Of a stretch of DNA of 64,000 bases, positions 36,942-45,942 are shown piece by piece. How positions within the stretch are numbered: position 1 is the first letter of the stretch; the number at the start of each line of letters is the position of its first letter. The notes below the pieces were generated by a model. The model was not told the DNA's origin. It searched no databases and saw nothing but the letters and a program-made list of their open reading frames with translations. The position numbers and the translations under genes are program-made. This DNA is from Candidatus Zixiibacteriota bacterium (GTDB lineage: Bacteria; Zixibacteria; MSB-5A5; GN15; FEB-12), in NCBI GenBank assembly GCA_040756055.1, contig JBFLZR010000001.1, positions 63,849-127,848 of the forward strand, read 5' to 3'.

Positions 36942-39900
36942 TCATTCCCCTACAAAATATTCGGACAATATCACTTCTCGTGGGCCGCCCACTTTAGCCC
37001 CGGTCTCCGCAAGATGGCTTCCCAGCAGTTCTGCGGGAATGTTCTTCTGGAGCACGCCAAGTATCTTCAAGGGATTGATTTCCTTCTTTATCACAGAAGT
37101 CATATCTTTGAGAACCGTCTTGGCCGTCTGTTTTGGTAAACCGCCGTCCTGAAGTTCCTTAATCACTTTCCGGAGATATTCTTCCTGCTCGTCTGTAAAC
37201 TGCCGGTAGTCCTTGACGGCTCGCAAAATTTTCAGTAGCTGCGTTGCTGTATCTCTTCCGCCTTTTAGTTTTGTATCCGGCATGTCCTCGGTTGTGGCGA
37301 ACACAAACGCTTCCTTGTTCTTGCTAAGCAGGTCGTAAAATTTGGGGCCGAGCTTTTCCCGCTTGACGGTTGCTTTAGTTTCTAATTGCGCAGCGGCTGA
37401 CAAGAAATCCAATTCCTCTGCCTCGTCGGTGCCAGCGAGATAAAACTTTTGAAGCTTCCCCTTACGGAAGTAGGTAAGAAGTCGGTCTCCTTTGCCCGGC
37501 TCTTTTCTGGCAGTTCGGGCCTTCTTGGGCAATCGCTTGATTTGCTCAAACAAGTCAGGATCGTTATCCCGAATGTTGCGAATGAGCTGGAGATACTTAA
37601 GACCACTGTCCTCTTCGCCGTCTTCGCCGGTAATCGTTTTCTTGGATATCAGTCGGTCAAAAAGTTCGTGATGCTCAACAGCCTCACCCTCGGTCAGCAG
37701 TCTCGCGTCCGCTCCGAGAAGTGTAATGAAAGCCTGAATCTTGGCTTCGGCGGCTTCCTTCAGCTTTATCTGGTCATTCGACTGTTTAGTCGGGAAGAAA
37801 TTGAAAGTATAGATTTTGTCGAAGGTAGTATCAACCCGGTTTATGCGCCCGACTCGCTGCATCAGACGGGTGGGGTTCCAGGGGATATCATAATTGATGA
37901 CGACATTAGCGCGGTGCAGATTTACACCCTCCGAAAGCACTTCGGTAGCCACCAAAATACGATAGTCGTCTTTGGGATAACGGGCTCGGGCGTCAAAATT
38001 TTCAATTACCTTTTCCCTGACGCTTGCCCCTGATGAACCGGTATAATCGAGAATACCATCGCCGAAGTGCTGTTTTAGATTCTTAGTCAGGTAGTCAGCG
38101 GTCTCCTTAGACTCGGTAAAGACAATCAGTTTATTTTCCTTGAGGACTTTCCTTGATTTGAGAATATCCACAAACTTGAGAAGCTTTGGATCACGATTGA
38201 CACCTTGCCAAAGAGTGTTAATTTTCTTTAGAAGTTCAAGATCATGTTCCAAGTCTTTGCGGAATTCTGTCTTGAATCCCTTGGCCTCGAATTTCTCCGC
38301 TTTGCCCTGTTCAATCAGCTCCACTACCCGGTCTTCATCTCCATTTGCCAACAATTCAAAAATCTTCGCAGAATACTCCTTGCTGACATATACCGCGCCT
38401 TTATCGAACTGCTCGATGAAAAGCTCATAGGAAGCAATGAAGCGGTTGATAGAATTGCGGAAGGCGTAAAAGCTGCTCTCCAGACGCTTGACCAAGAGGA
38501 TTTTCATAAATCGGCCCATGTTCCGCTGGGCTAACTGTTCCGGCTGTTCAACCTCTCCGGTGTAATACAAGAGCGGCGTGTATCTGGAATATTTGAACTT
38601 CTGTGTAATGAGCTTGATAGTTTCGCTAAAGACCTTATCTTCTTCGTCGTTCAACTCGTAGAAAGCGGGTTCGGGGTCGATAACTTCCGGAAACTTCAGG
38701 CCCTGCTTTTTGAGGTCATCGGGGAAGTGTTTCTCAATCTCCTGCCTTGTGCGCCGAACCATCAAGTATTTGAGGACTTTGTCCCGTATTTCTCTGGCGT
38801 TTTCCTTGGTCACCTGAATGAATTTGGCTTGGTCTTTCTGGCGGTCAAGGCCTTTTAGACGATTCTCCAGCTTGCCAAAGAAGCGTTCCAAATCCGGCGT
38901 TCCAGGAATAGTGCTCTTTCGGGACTTCTGGAATAACTTGATCTGACTCAATATGTCCTTTGGCGAATTATTGAACGGAGTCGCCGTCACTAATATCACT
39001 CTCTTACCACGGCAAATCTGAGCCAGCTTCTCATAAGTGATATTGGTCTCCGTGCGGAACCGGTGCGCTTCATCAATGAATATATTCTTATACTTCTCTG
39101 TGCCCCGCTTAATAAGCGTTTCAAGCTTTCCAAGCGATTCAAAGTCCGCGCTCACTCTGAAGTCAGAGAATACGTTTGGCCACGAACCCGGGTTGTCCCG
39201 ATCTAGAAGCACTGGCGGAGCAAGGACTAGTGTGCGGCCTTCAATTTGACTAGCCAGCATGGCTGCCATGTAGGTCTTGCCAAGACCGACCACGTCCGAG
39301 ATAAAAGCACCGCCGTATTCGTCAATAATCTTTTTGGCATTTAGTACCGCTTGTTCTTGATATTCAAGACGTTTGAATTCAATCGGGACGTACTTAAAAA
39401 AGACCTCCTCCTGAATGCTGATTTCGTCTTTGAAATACTCGTAGAGAAATTTGAGGTATAGCTGGTATGGGGTAATGGTATCATTTAGCCAAGTCCGAGT
39501 CTGAATAGTATCAATGTATTTGTCTTTGACTTCGACGGCATCAGCCCAAAGCTTGTCGAACTGCTTCTTGGCAAAATCATAATCGTTGCCATCTTTCAGC
39601 TCGACATTGAACTCAAGGTTATCAATCAGACCGGCCTGCGTGAAGTTGCTCGAACCGGTGATAACCCTGCCCACATCGCGGTCGCCCTCAACAAAAGTCA
39701 TCAGATAGACTTTGGCATGGATGTTCTCGGAAGGGTATGCCCTGATTTCAAGTTTGCCGCTTCGCAGCCACTCCAGAAACTTGTGAACCCCTTCTTCAAT
39801 TTCCTTCTTATCCGCACAGTCGGCCAGCTCGGCGGTGACCGCCTCGCCAAAACATTCCTTAGCCTCGGCATGGGAAAAAGGCAAGCTTTCCTGTTTAGCT

Positions 39901-40118
39901 TGGTTAATTAGGTCGATGGTGGACTTACCGGTACCGATGCCAATCAGGATTCTGATTCTCTCTGTTTTTTCCAGAGACCGGTAGATGGCATAGAAACCGC
40001 TGGTAAAGAAATAGCCAACCAGCACGTCGAAAAAGCGGGTATCCTTAATCAGAACCCGGAAGCGATCAATTAGACGCCGGTCTCTTTCGTTGGTTATAAA
40101 AGTTAAATCTGTCTTCAT
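36942..40118 (-). CDS. PLD-family nuclease domain fused to an SNF2-family helicase
   Basis: 1058 aa. PLD HxK NIHAKVYL plus GSSNFT. SNF2 motifs DVVGLGKT, IFIDEAHRFR, LVTATPFNN, VATEVLSEGVNL, QRVGRINR. Confidence 0.9.
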   Translation of the reverse strand: MKTDLTFITNERDRRLIDRFRVLIKDTRFFDVLVGYFFTSGFYAIYRSLEKTERIRILIGIGTGKSTIDLINQAKQESLPFSHAEAKECFGEAVTAELADCADKKEIEEGVHKFLEWLRSGKLEIRAYPSENIHAKVYLMTFVEGDRDVGRVITGSSNFTQAGLIDNLEFNVELKDGNDYDFAKKQFDKLWADAVEVKDKYIDTIQTRTWLNDTITPYQLYLKFLYEYFKDEISIQEEVFFKYVPIEFKRLEYQEQAVLNAKKIIDEYGGAFISDVVGLGKTYMAAMLASQIEGRTLVLAPPVLLDRDNPGSWPNVFSDFRVSADFESLGKLETLIKRGTEKYKNIFIDEAHRFRTETNITYEKLAQICRGKRVILVTATPFNNSPKDILSQIKLFQKSRKSTIPGTPDLERFFGKLENRLKGLDRQKDQAKFIQVTKENAREIRDKVLKYLMVRRTRQEIEKHFPDDLKKQGLKFPEVIDPEPAFYELNDEEDKVFSETIKLITQKFKYSRYTPLLYYTGEVEQPEQLAQRNMGRFMKILLVKRLESSFYAFRNSINRFIASYELFIEQFDKGAVYVSKEYSAKIFELLANGDEDRVVELIEQGKAEKFEAKGFKTEFRKDLEHDLELLKKINTLWQGVNRDPKLLKFVDILKSRKVLKENKLIVFTESKETADYLTKNLKQHFGDGILDYTGSSGASVREKVIENFDARARYPKDDYRILVATEVLSEGVNLHRANVVINYDIPWNPTRLMQRVGRINRVDTTFDKIYTFNFFPTKQSNDQIKLKEAAEAKIQAFITLLGADARLLTEGEAVEHHELFDRLISKKTITGEDGEEDSGLKYLQLIRNIRDNDPDLFEQIKRLPKKARTARKEPGKGDRLLTYFRKGKLQKFYLAGTDEAEELDFLSAAAQLETKATVKREKLGPKFYDLLSKNKEAFVFATTEDMPDTKLKGGRDTATQLLKILRAVKDYRQFTDEQEEYLRKVIKELQDGGLPKQTAKTVLKDMTSVIKKEINPLKILGVLQKNIPAELLGSHLAETGAKVGGPREVILSEYFVGE

Positions 40119-40354
40119 AAATTCAAATAATAGTGAGCATTTAAGTCCTGCTATTGCCGGAGGATGCCTGCGTGGGAAGCATGCCTCCCCGTTTTCTTAA
40201 TATTAGCTCAAATTAGGCCATAAAGCAATGCTAAAGACAAGCAAGACTGGAACGGTCATGATTGCTGAGATCACCCGAAAGAGCAGTCCCCTCCCGACTA
40301 CCGTATTATATATATCCAGCTAACAAAGAATGTACAGAGAAAGAAGAGGAAAAA

Positions 40355-40555
40355 ATGACGCAATGGAGTGAAAAGCTTATTCAGGAAACGAAAGTCCTGT
40401 TCAAGGACAAATCGGGGAAAGAACTCTCCGCCGAAGATGCGATAGAGTGTCTTGACAACATGGCCAACTTTGCGGAGGTGCTGCTCGACATCTACTATAA
40501 AGAAAAAGCCAAAGGGAATGATATTCTGGCTGACAAGACTGAGACAAGGGGCTAA
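40355..40555 (+). CDS. Hypothetical small protein (66 aa)
   Basis: Internal ATG at 40355 after a purine-rich AGAAGAGGAAAAA. The ORF-track start at 40262 is probably over-extended. Confidence 0.4.
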   Translation: MTQWSEKLIQETKVLFKDKSGKELSAEDAIECLDNMANFAEVLLDIYYKEKAKGNDILADKTETRG

Positions 40556-40568
40556 TCGTTACAGAATG

Positions 40569-40760
40569 TCACCACCGCCTTCGCGCTTTTCTCGTACGGG
40601 TCTTAAGCCAACGTTCTATGTCCTCTTTTCGGAACCTGACCAAGTTGCCGAGCTTCAGGTGTGGTATCTTCTCTTCGTGAGTCCAGCCATATATGGTGGA
40701 TTTCTTGACATTTAGGTAGTCTGCTACTTCCTGTGGAGTTAAGAGCCTCTCTTTCGGCAT
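40569..40760 (-). CDS. Second excisionase-family HTH protein
   Basis: 63 aa. LLTPQEVADYLNVKKSTIYGWTHEEKIPHLKLGNLVRFRKEDIERWL. Confidence 0.8.
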   Translation of the reverse strand: MPKERLLTPQEVADYLNVKKSTIYGWTHEEKIPHLKLGNLVRFRKEDIERWLKTRTRKARRRW

Positions 40761-40963
40761 ATTGTAAACTCTTGGTTTATAGTTAAATCGACCGGATTAA
40801 AATCTCTTGTGGTGTCTTCCCGTTGGGGCTTGCCAGAGGCCCCTGTCTCTTCCTCAATTCTCGTCTTGGCGACCAGCCTAGCCAGTAAACTGAGAAAGTG
40901 TGCCAAATATTCGTCCGAGTTGGGTTTGCGTTTTGGGTCGATAATCACATTTCTATTGTTCAT
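40739..40963 (-). CDS. Hypothetical protein (74 aa)
   Basis: ORF track. Overlaps the downstream Xis-like gene by 22 nt. Confidence 0.4.
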   Translation of the reverse strand: MNNRNVIIDPKRKPNSDEYLAHFLSLLARLVAKTRIEEETGASGKPQREDTTRDFNPVDLTINQEFTICRKRGS

Positions 40964-41282
40964 CGCTTCCCGCTCTCATTAAATATTAGACTGGGTCCAA
41001 CGAGCATGATACGCCCTCTGCAATAACAGGACAAGTTGTCGTAAAAAGAAACCCTTCGTGAGGAACGGCAACGGGAAACCCAAAATTAGCAGGACGATCG
41101 TCCATCAACGGAAAAGCAATAAAGGACTAAGATTGTAGAAATTGATTTGCTTTACCGACAGAAAGTCTATCAGCCAAAATGGACAAATGATTGTACTTTT
41201 CAGGGGCTTTCGCTATATTGGCTGAAAGCACTCTTGGATTCGCCAGACAGAACTTATAGACAATTTGTAGGGAGGTTTTAAG

Positions 41283-43553
41283 ATGAAGACTGTCAGAACC
41301 TTGCTTTATAATGACTGCGAGTTTGAATTCTGGGAGCTTGAACTCCTCCACACACCGATATTGCAGCGAATGTACAATCTAAAGCAGCTAGGCTTCGCCG
41401 ATCGAATTTATCCTGATGCAGTGCATTCCCGTTTCAATCACATACTCGGTGTCACCAACAGGGCCGACAAGATCGTTTCGGGAGTCATCAGATCCCTTAG
41501 TAGAGAACAAGGGAATCTCCCCCCCGGACGAATGGACTTCGAGTACAACCGTAAGAGCATCCCTATTGCCAAACTGCAAGCTTATGTGGACAAGCGTCGG
41601 CCCGTCGTACGATTAATCGCGCTTCTTCACGATATCGGTCACATTCCTTTCGGCCATACGTTGGAAGATGAAATGCATGTCTTTTCCGTCAAGCACGACA
41701 ATCCTAAACGTCAGTGTCAGTTCTTTAACATCTTAGTTAGAGAGTTTGTATACGCGCTAATTCTTCGCCACGACCCGAACATAGACCCTGCTCTTCTGAC
41801 AATAGTCTGTAAAGACGAACCATCTCAATTAGAGAGCGATTACCTCATTTCTAGGCTCAAGACTGCGCTTGACAGAATTAAACGTTGCTACCAACCGGAT
41901 CTTATCCATGAGATTCATACATTTCTTGTCAACCTAGAGAGGGCGATGGTGGCGCTGTTCTATCTCGATGATGTTCACAAGGAACGGAACGGCGATGATA
42001 AGGGAGCAGAACAAGAGCGAAACGACGCCCGACAAAAGGCGATAGGGGAGCTCTTTATTTCAGTGGTGCTGTCCCAGTGCGAAATTACTGCCGGACCTGA
42101 CCAACCTGCGTTCAATCTCGATCTCGATGCGTTTTCGCTCGACATAATCGGCAATACAATCTGCGCTGATTTGCTCGACTATGCCAAACGAGATTCTCGA
42201 ATGTCTGGACTTCACTACGATTATGATGACAGAATTTTCAGGTACTTTAGCCTTGTAAGTTACAAAGCCAGGGGCGCAGACCACCCCATGATTCGACTCT
42301 GTCTACAGGTGTTCACAAACAAGCTGCGACTCGATGTTGTCTCAGAAATTGTGACAATTCTTCGTGCTCGATACCTTCTGTCCGAAAGAGTCATCTTTCA
42401 TCCAACAAAATGCGCTGCTGGCGCAATGCTCGGAACCGCAGTTTCTATGATGGGCATTCGAGAAGCCGAGTTGAATTTCTTCCGAATAGGCGATGCAGTC
42501 TTCATGGCGAAGCTCGAACAGCATGTGGTGAGATGCTTACAAATCACTAAAGAGGTCAGGGACTATACTGCCGTCGACGCTGCGGCGAACAAAGCCGAGG
42601 TCACAAAATTTCTTACTTGCTGCAAGAATCCGGATCAATATCAGCCGTTTGAAAGTGTATTGGAGACGCTATCAACGACCCTAAAGAGCTTACCAGATCG
42701 CTCCGGAATCACAATGGCTCTGCTAAAAATCTGCACTGAAGAGCTGGCGGCTATTGAAGTGAACGCCAACGAGAATCTGTTCGGTAGCCCCGAGACCGCA
42801 AAGGACTTAGCCGAAAAGATCGTTTTGCGATTGACCGAGGCCTCGCGCCTGATGTGGCAGATTCAAGCTCGACAGTACTACGATCTGGTGTTTCGAGTCT
42901 CTAGAATAGATAAGAAGACAAACGCCTTGGTTGTGAAGGAACTTGCGGATAAGTTCAAGAATCCCGCATTTCGGTTTAAATTCGAGCGTCGAGTGGAACA
43001 CGATGCAGACTTGAAGTATGGATCTCTTGTCATTCACTGTCCAAAGTCAGATACATCACTGAAGGAAGCCAATGTTTTGGTGTTCGGTTCCGATCCCAAG
43101 AGCGTGATCGAATTCAGCGCTATAAAAGAGGAACACGAATTACACAGCCTTAGCCCTCACATACAAGAGGCCATTGATCTGGCCAGTGCCTACAAGAGGA
43201 TATGGAACATGTATTTCTTCGTGCAAGAGGCTCAGATGTACAAGTGGCCGTTAATTGAAGAAAAGATTCGATTTGCCCTCACTGAGATAATCGGTTCAGA
43301 TGTATCCAATTGCGACGATTTGCATCGTCAACTCAAGTCCACGTACGGAGACGTTGCATTCCACCTAATTCGGGTCGTCGAATATATGCAGTCTTCCGAG
43401 AAGGTTCCCAAGGTTCCGCTAACGCCAGAATTTGTTGAATTTGTGGAAGGGGTAACCCCCCACGGCAGGAAAGTCGATATTTCCCCCGAAACGGTGGTCA
43501 AGCAGTGGTTAGCAATCTACCTGCGACCAGAAGAGAAAAGTGACAAGAAGTAG
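41283..43553 (+). CDS. SAMHD1/dGTPase-like HD-domain protein with a long C-terminal extension
   Basis: 756 aa. GGGAGG RBS. LLHTPILQRMYNLKQLG...HSRFNHILGV...LLHDIGHIPFGHTLEDE...ADLLDYAKRDSRMSGL matches the dNTP triphosphohydrolase motif order. Confidence 0.8.
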   Translation: MKTVRTLLYNDCEFEFWELELLHTPILQRMYNLKQLGFADRIYPDAVHSRFNHILGVTNRADKIVSGVIRSLSREQGNLPPGRMDFEYNRKSIPIAKLQAYVDKRRPVVRLIALLHDIGHIPFGHTLEDEMHVFSVKHDNPKRQCQFFNILVREFVYALILRHDPNIDPALLTIVCKDEPSQLESDYLISRLKTALDRIKRCYQPDLIHEIHTFLVNLERAMVALFYLDDVHKERNGDDKGAEQERNDARQKAIGELFISVVLSQCEITAGPDQPAFNLDLDAFSLDIIGNTICADLLDYAKRDSRMSGLHYDYDDRIFRYFSLVSYKARGADHPMIRLCLQVFTNKLRLDVVSEIVTILRARYLLSERVIFHPTKCAAGAMLGTAVSMMGIREAELNFFRIGDAVFMAKLEQHVVRCLQITKEVRDYTAVDAAANKAEVTKFLTCCKNPDQYQPFESVLETLSTTLKSLPDRSGITMALLKICTEELAAIEVNANENLFGSPETAKDLAEKIVLRLTEASRLMWQIQARQYYDLVFRVSRIDKKTNALVVKELADKFKNPAFRFKFERRVEHDADLKYGSLVIHCPKSDTSLKEANVLVFGSDPKSVIEFSAIKEEHELHSLSPHIQEAIDLASAYKRIWNMYFFVQEAQMYKWPLIEEKIRFALTEIIGSDVSNCDDLHRQLKSTYGDVAFHLIRVVEYMQSSEKVPKVPLTPEFVEFVEGVTPHGRKVDISPETVVKQWLAIYLRPEEKSDKK

Positions 43554-43561
43554 TAGCTAAC

Positions 43562-44524
43562 ATGACTGTATCTCGTTCTGGTAGGCGGTATGCTGGCTGG
43601 GCCTACGGCAGGTTCATGGAAGAGCTGATTAGAAAGCCGCTGACCATCAAGTTATCTCCGGTAGTGCAAGGCTTGTTATACAATAGGTCTGAATCTTCCT
43701 TAATAGAAATTGTGGCAGAATTTGCAGATAATTTGCGAGAGAGTCATGGAGAGCTGTTACAGAAGAGGAACTTCGCGACAGTTTCTAAATTGGCAACGGA
43801 GCTTGGGTATCAGGTTGTTGGTTCCCCGCGTCAGAATGTAGACTTCTACGTCGAGCGACCTTTCTTCGGTTCTTCGTTCAGACTCCGAGGCAAGAGAGTC
43901 ACTTACCTTTCCAATCCAATTACGGAGGAAGAAGCACGAGCCACGATTGCTCATGACATTATGCACAGTCTTTTCGAAACGACGGATGGTCAGCGACCGG
44001 GAAATCTGCCTTCGGATGAAATTGAGGAAAAGCTCTGTGACTACGGTGCTTGCAGGCTACTGATTTCCAAAGCTGAGCTGGCCACCGTAATTGCGCATGG
44101 GGCCGGAGGGAACGTAGCTAGTAACATCGCAAGGGTGGCAGGATATTTCAATATTCCCCGGCGATATGCGGCAATGCGCCTTTTTGACCCCCTTTGCCCA
44201 CTCTCAAACAGTGGACTTACGGCGATTGTCGAATGGCGAAGAAAGAGTGGCCCTACTGAGGAACCTCATACAAGTGTCGTTCCAACATGGTCAGTGTGTC
44301 GCAAAGCGTTTATTCCATGGCTCGGTAGCAAGCGAAGTTGTCACGCAAGACGCGAGAGCATCGTTGCCAATGCCATGTCGGAGGATCCATACTTTCGTTT
44401 TAGTGCAGTGGAGGATACCAATATTGGCTCGCTTAAGGGAAACTATTTAGTCTCTGTTTGCGTCCTTGGTCCGAAAGAATCCCCTTATCGGAGGGTAGTT
44501 TCTGTATTTGAAGACATTGGTTGA
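43562..44524 (+). CDS. ImmA/IrrE (M78)-like domain protein with HDxxH in place of HExxH
   Basis: 320 aa. ARATIAHDIMHSLF...EEKLCDYGACRLLISKAEL...IARVAGYFNIPRRYAAMRL parallels the M78 motif order. Starts 8 nt after the HD gene. Confidence 0.6.
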   Translation: MTVSRSGRRYAGWAYGRFMEELIRKPLTIKLSPVVQGLLYNRSESSLIEIVAEFADNLRESHGELLQKRNFATVSKLATELGYQVVGSPRQNVDFYVERPFFGSSFRLRGKRVTYLSNPITEEEARATIAHDIMHSLFETTDGQRPGNLPSDEIEEKLCDYGACRLLISKAELATVIAHGAGGNVASNIARVAGYFNIPRRYAAMRLFDPLCPLSNSGLTAIVEWRRKSGPTEEPHTSVVPTWSVCRKAFIPWLGSKRSCHARRESIVANAMSEDPYFRFSAVEDTNIGSLKGNYLVSVCVLGPKESPYRRVVSVFEDIG

Positions 44525-44603
44525 ACCACCCAAACCGGGGAAACGCACGAGTGGTCGATCGCGAATTGAATCGGCGTTAGCATTGCCCTCATTTGACATA
44601 CAC

Positions 44604-44718
44604 CCCTTTCTAACAGTTTTCTAACAAAACGAGCAAAAACACCAGATAATAAGGGAAAGCACCAGACACTGGGTTTCCCGTAAGTAATTGCTATTATTAC
44701 AGGTTAGTGTCTGGTGCT
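44604..44718 (+). repeat. About 115-bp repeat with the TTCTAACA doublet and a long hairpin (copy 1, just inside attR)
   Basis: Aligns with 52102-52216 at high identity. Hairpin arms CACCAGACACT (44660-44670) and AGTGTCTGGTG (44706-44716). Confidence 0.85.
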
Positions 44719-44742
44719 TTCTGGTGTCTGGACAGCTTAATC

Positions 44743-44798
44743 GGCTCATAACCCGAAGGTCAGGGGTTCAAATCCCCTCCCCGCTACCAAGTTTAAGC
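44743..44798 (+). repeat. attR core (displaced 3' fragment of tRNA-fMet)
   Basis: Character-by-character identical to 17958-18013. No tRNA 5' half lies upstream. Confidence 0.95.
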
Positions 44799-44982
44799 TC
44801 CTGAAGTTCAATCACTTCGGGAGTTTCTTTTTTGGGCGGGCGCCTTCAGGATAACGACTGTCTACCAGAAATTTTCTCAATTGACGCAAGCGACTTGCGT
44901 ACATAATGTTTAAGACGCTTTCGAACCATATTACCGGGACGAGTGTTCATAATAGCAGGGCTGTATATTCAAGGGATTCGAA

Positions 44983-45942
44983 GTGAGGTCATTGAACAGA
45001 CAGGCTTCTCAAGCTGCTCCTCCTGTCAGCACGAACGGGAATTTTCGGGCGCTCGGCGCCTTGCCGCGACGTTCTTGGCCCGTCAGAAGAATAATTCTTT
45101 CTTCATTATATCTGACGGCGCTGATTGTTTTGGTGGTTCTGATGATCGATGGATGGTCATACTACACGACTCCTTATACAGACCGACCACATCATCCCGA
45201 CTATAGATCGCTACGACCTGCCGGAAGCACCGGCGTGGTTTTAGGGATCGTCGGCGCAACAATGATGCTTCTAATGCTTGTTTATTCACTGCAGAAACGG
45301 TTGCGGCTGTTCGGTCGTCGTACGCCGTTGCGGCCGTTTCTCGATGGCCACATCTTTTTGGGGGTGATCGGGCCTTTGATGATCATAATGCATACTTCAT
45401 TTAAGGTTCAGGGGCTTGTCGCGATTGCGTTTTGGGCAATGATTGCAGTGGCTCTCAGCGGATATTTCGGTCGCTATCTCTACCAACAGATCCCGCGAAC
45501 CATCGATGACAAAGAGCTTTCCCTGACTGAGATTGAGCTATCATTGGATAACGCGTTGAATGAGATCAGAGTGCGCTCGGGTCTGGACGAAGAAGTTCTT
45601 GAGGATGTGCTGGCGAAGATTGAAAGGGTATACTTTGCGGAATCCACGAGAGTCTATAAGCTGCTTCCGATTCTGATAGTGAGGGATATCATCCGGCCCT
45701 GGTCGAAGCACAGGCTAAGGCACACCCTATCAGTTTCCGGTCACATTCCGCCGCAGGAAGTAAAAACACTGACCGAGCTTGGCGGCAAGAGAGCTTTGCT
45801 GAAACGACGGCTTCACATCCTTGGGCGCGTGCAGCGTATGTTCCATTGGTGGCACATAATCCATAAACCTCTGGCGATAATCATGTATGTAATAATGATA
45901 GTCCACATAACCGTAGCTGTTTGGACCGGATATGCATGGTAA
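44983..45942 (+). CDS. Polytopic membrane protein with His residues in predicted helices (possible b-heme or quinol-interacting subunit)
   Basis: 319 aa (start uncertain). Helices contain DGHIFLG, IIMHTSF, HWWHIIHKP and MIVHITV. Overlaps the next gene by 11 nt. Confidence 0.6.
   Translation: MRSLNRQASQAAPPVSTNGNFRALGALPRRSWPVRRIILSSLYLTALIVLVVLMIDGWSYYTTPYTDRPHHPDYRSLRPAGSTGVVLGIVGATMMLLMLVYSLQKRLRLFGRRTPLRPFLDGHIFLGVIGPLMIIMHTSFKVQGLVAIAFWAMIAVALSGYFGRYLYQQIPRTIDDKELSLTEIELSLDNALNEIRVRSGLDEEVLEDVLAKIERVYFAESTRVYKLLPILIVRDIIRPWSKHRLRHTLSVSGHIPPQEVKTLTELGGKRALLKRRLHILGRVQRMFHWWHIIHKPLAIIMYVIMIVHITVAVWTGYAW

Noticed and set aside
30229-40118. Calling the operon canonical DISARM or BREX
   Set aside because: The defining partners (DrmA/DrmB with DUF1998; PglZ, BrxC, BrxL) are not present anywhere in the island. 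Only the MTase, SNF2 and PLD parts resemble those systems.
41127-41351. 74-aa minus-strand ORF overlapping the HD gene start
   Set aside because: The HD protein's N-terminus from 41283 matches the conserved family start (…LLHTPILQRMYNLKQLG) and has a GGGAGG RBS. The overlapping ORF has no support.
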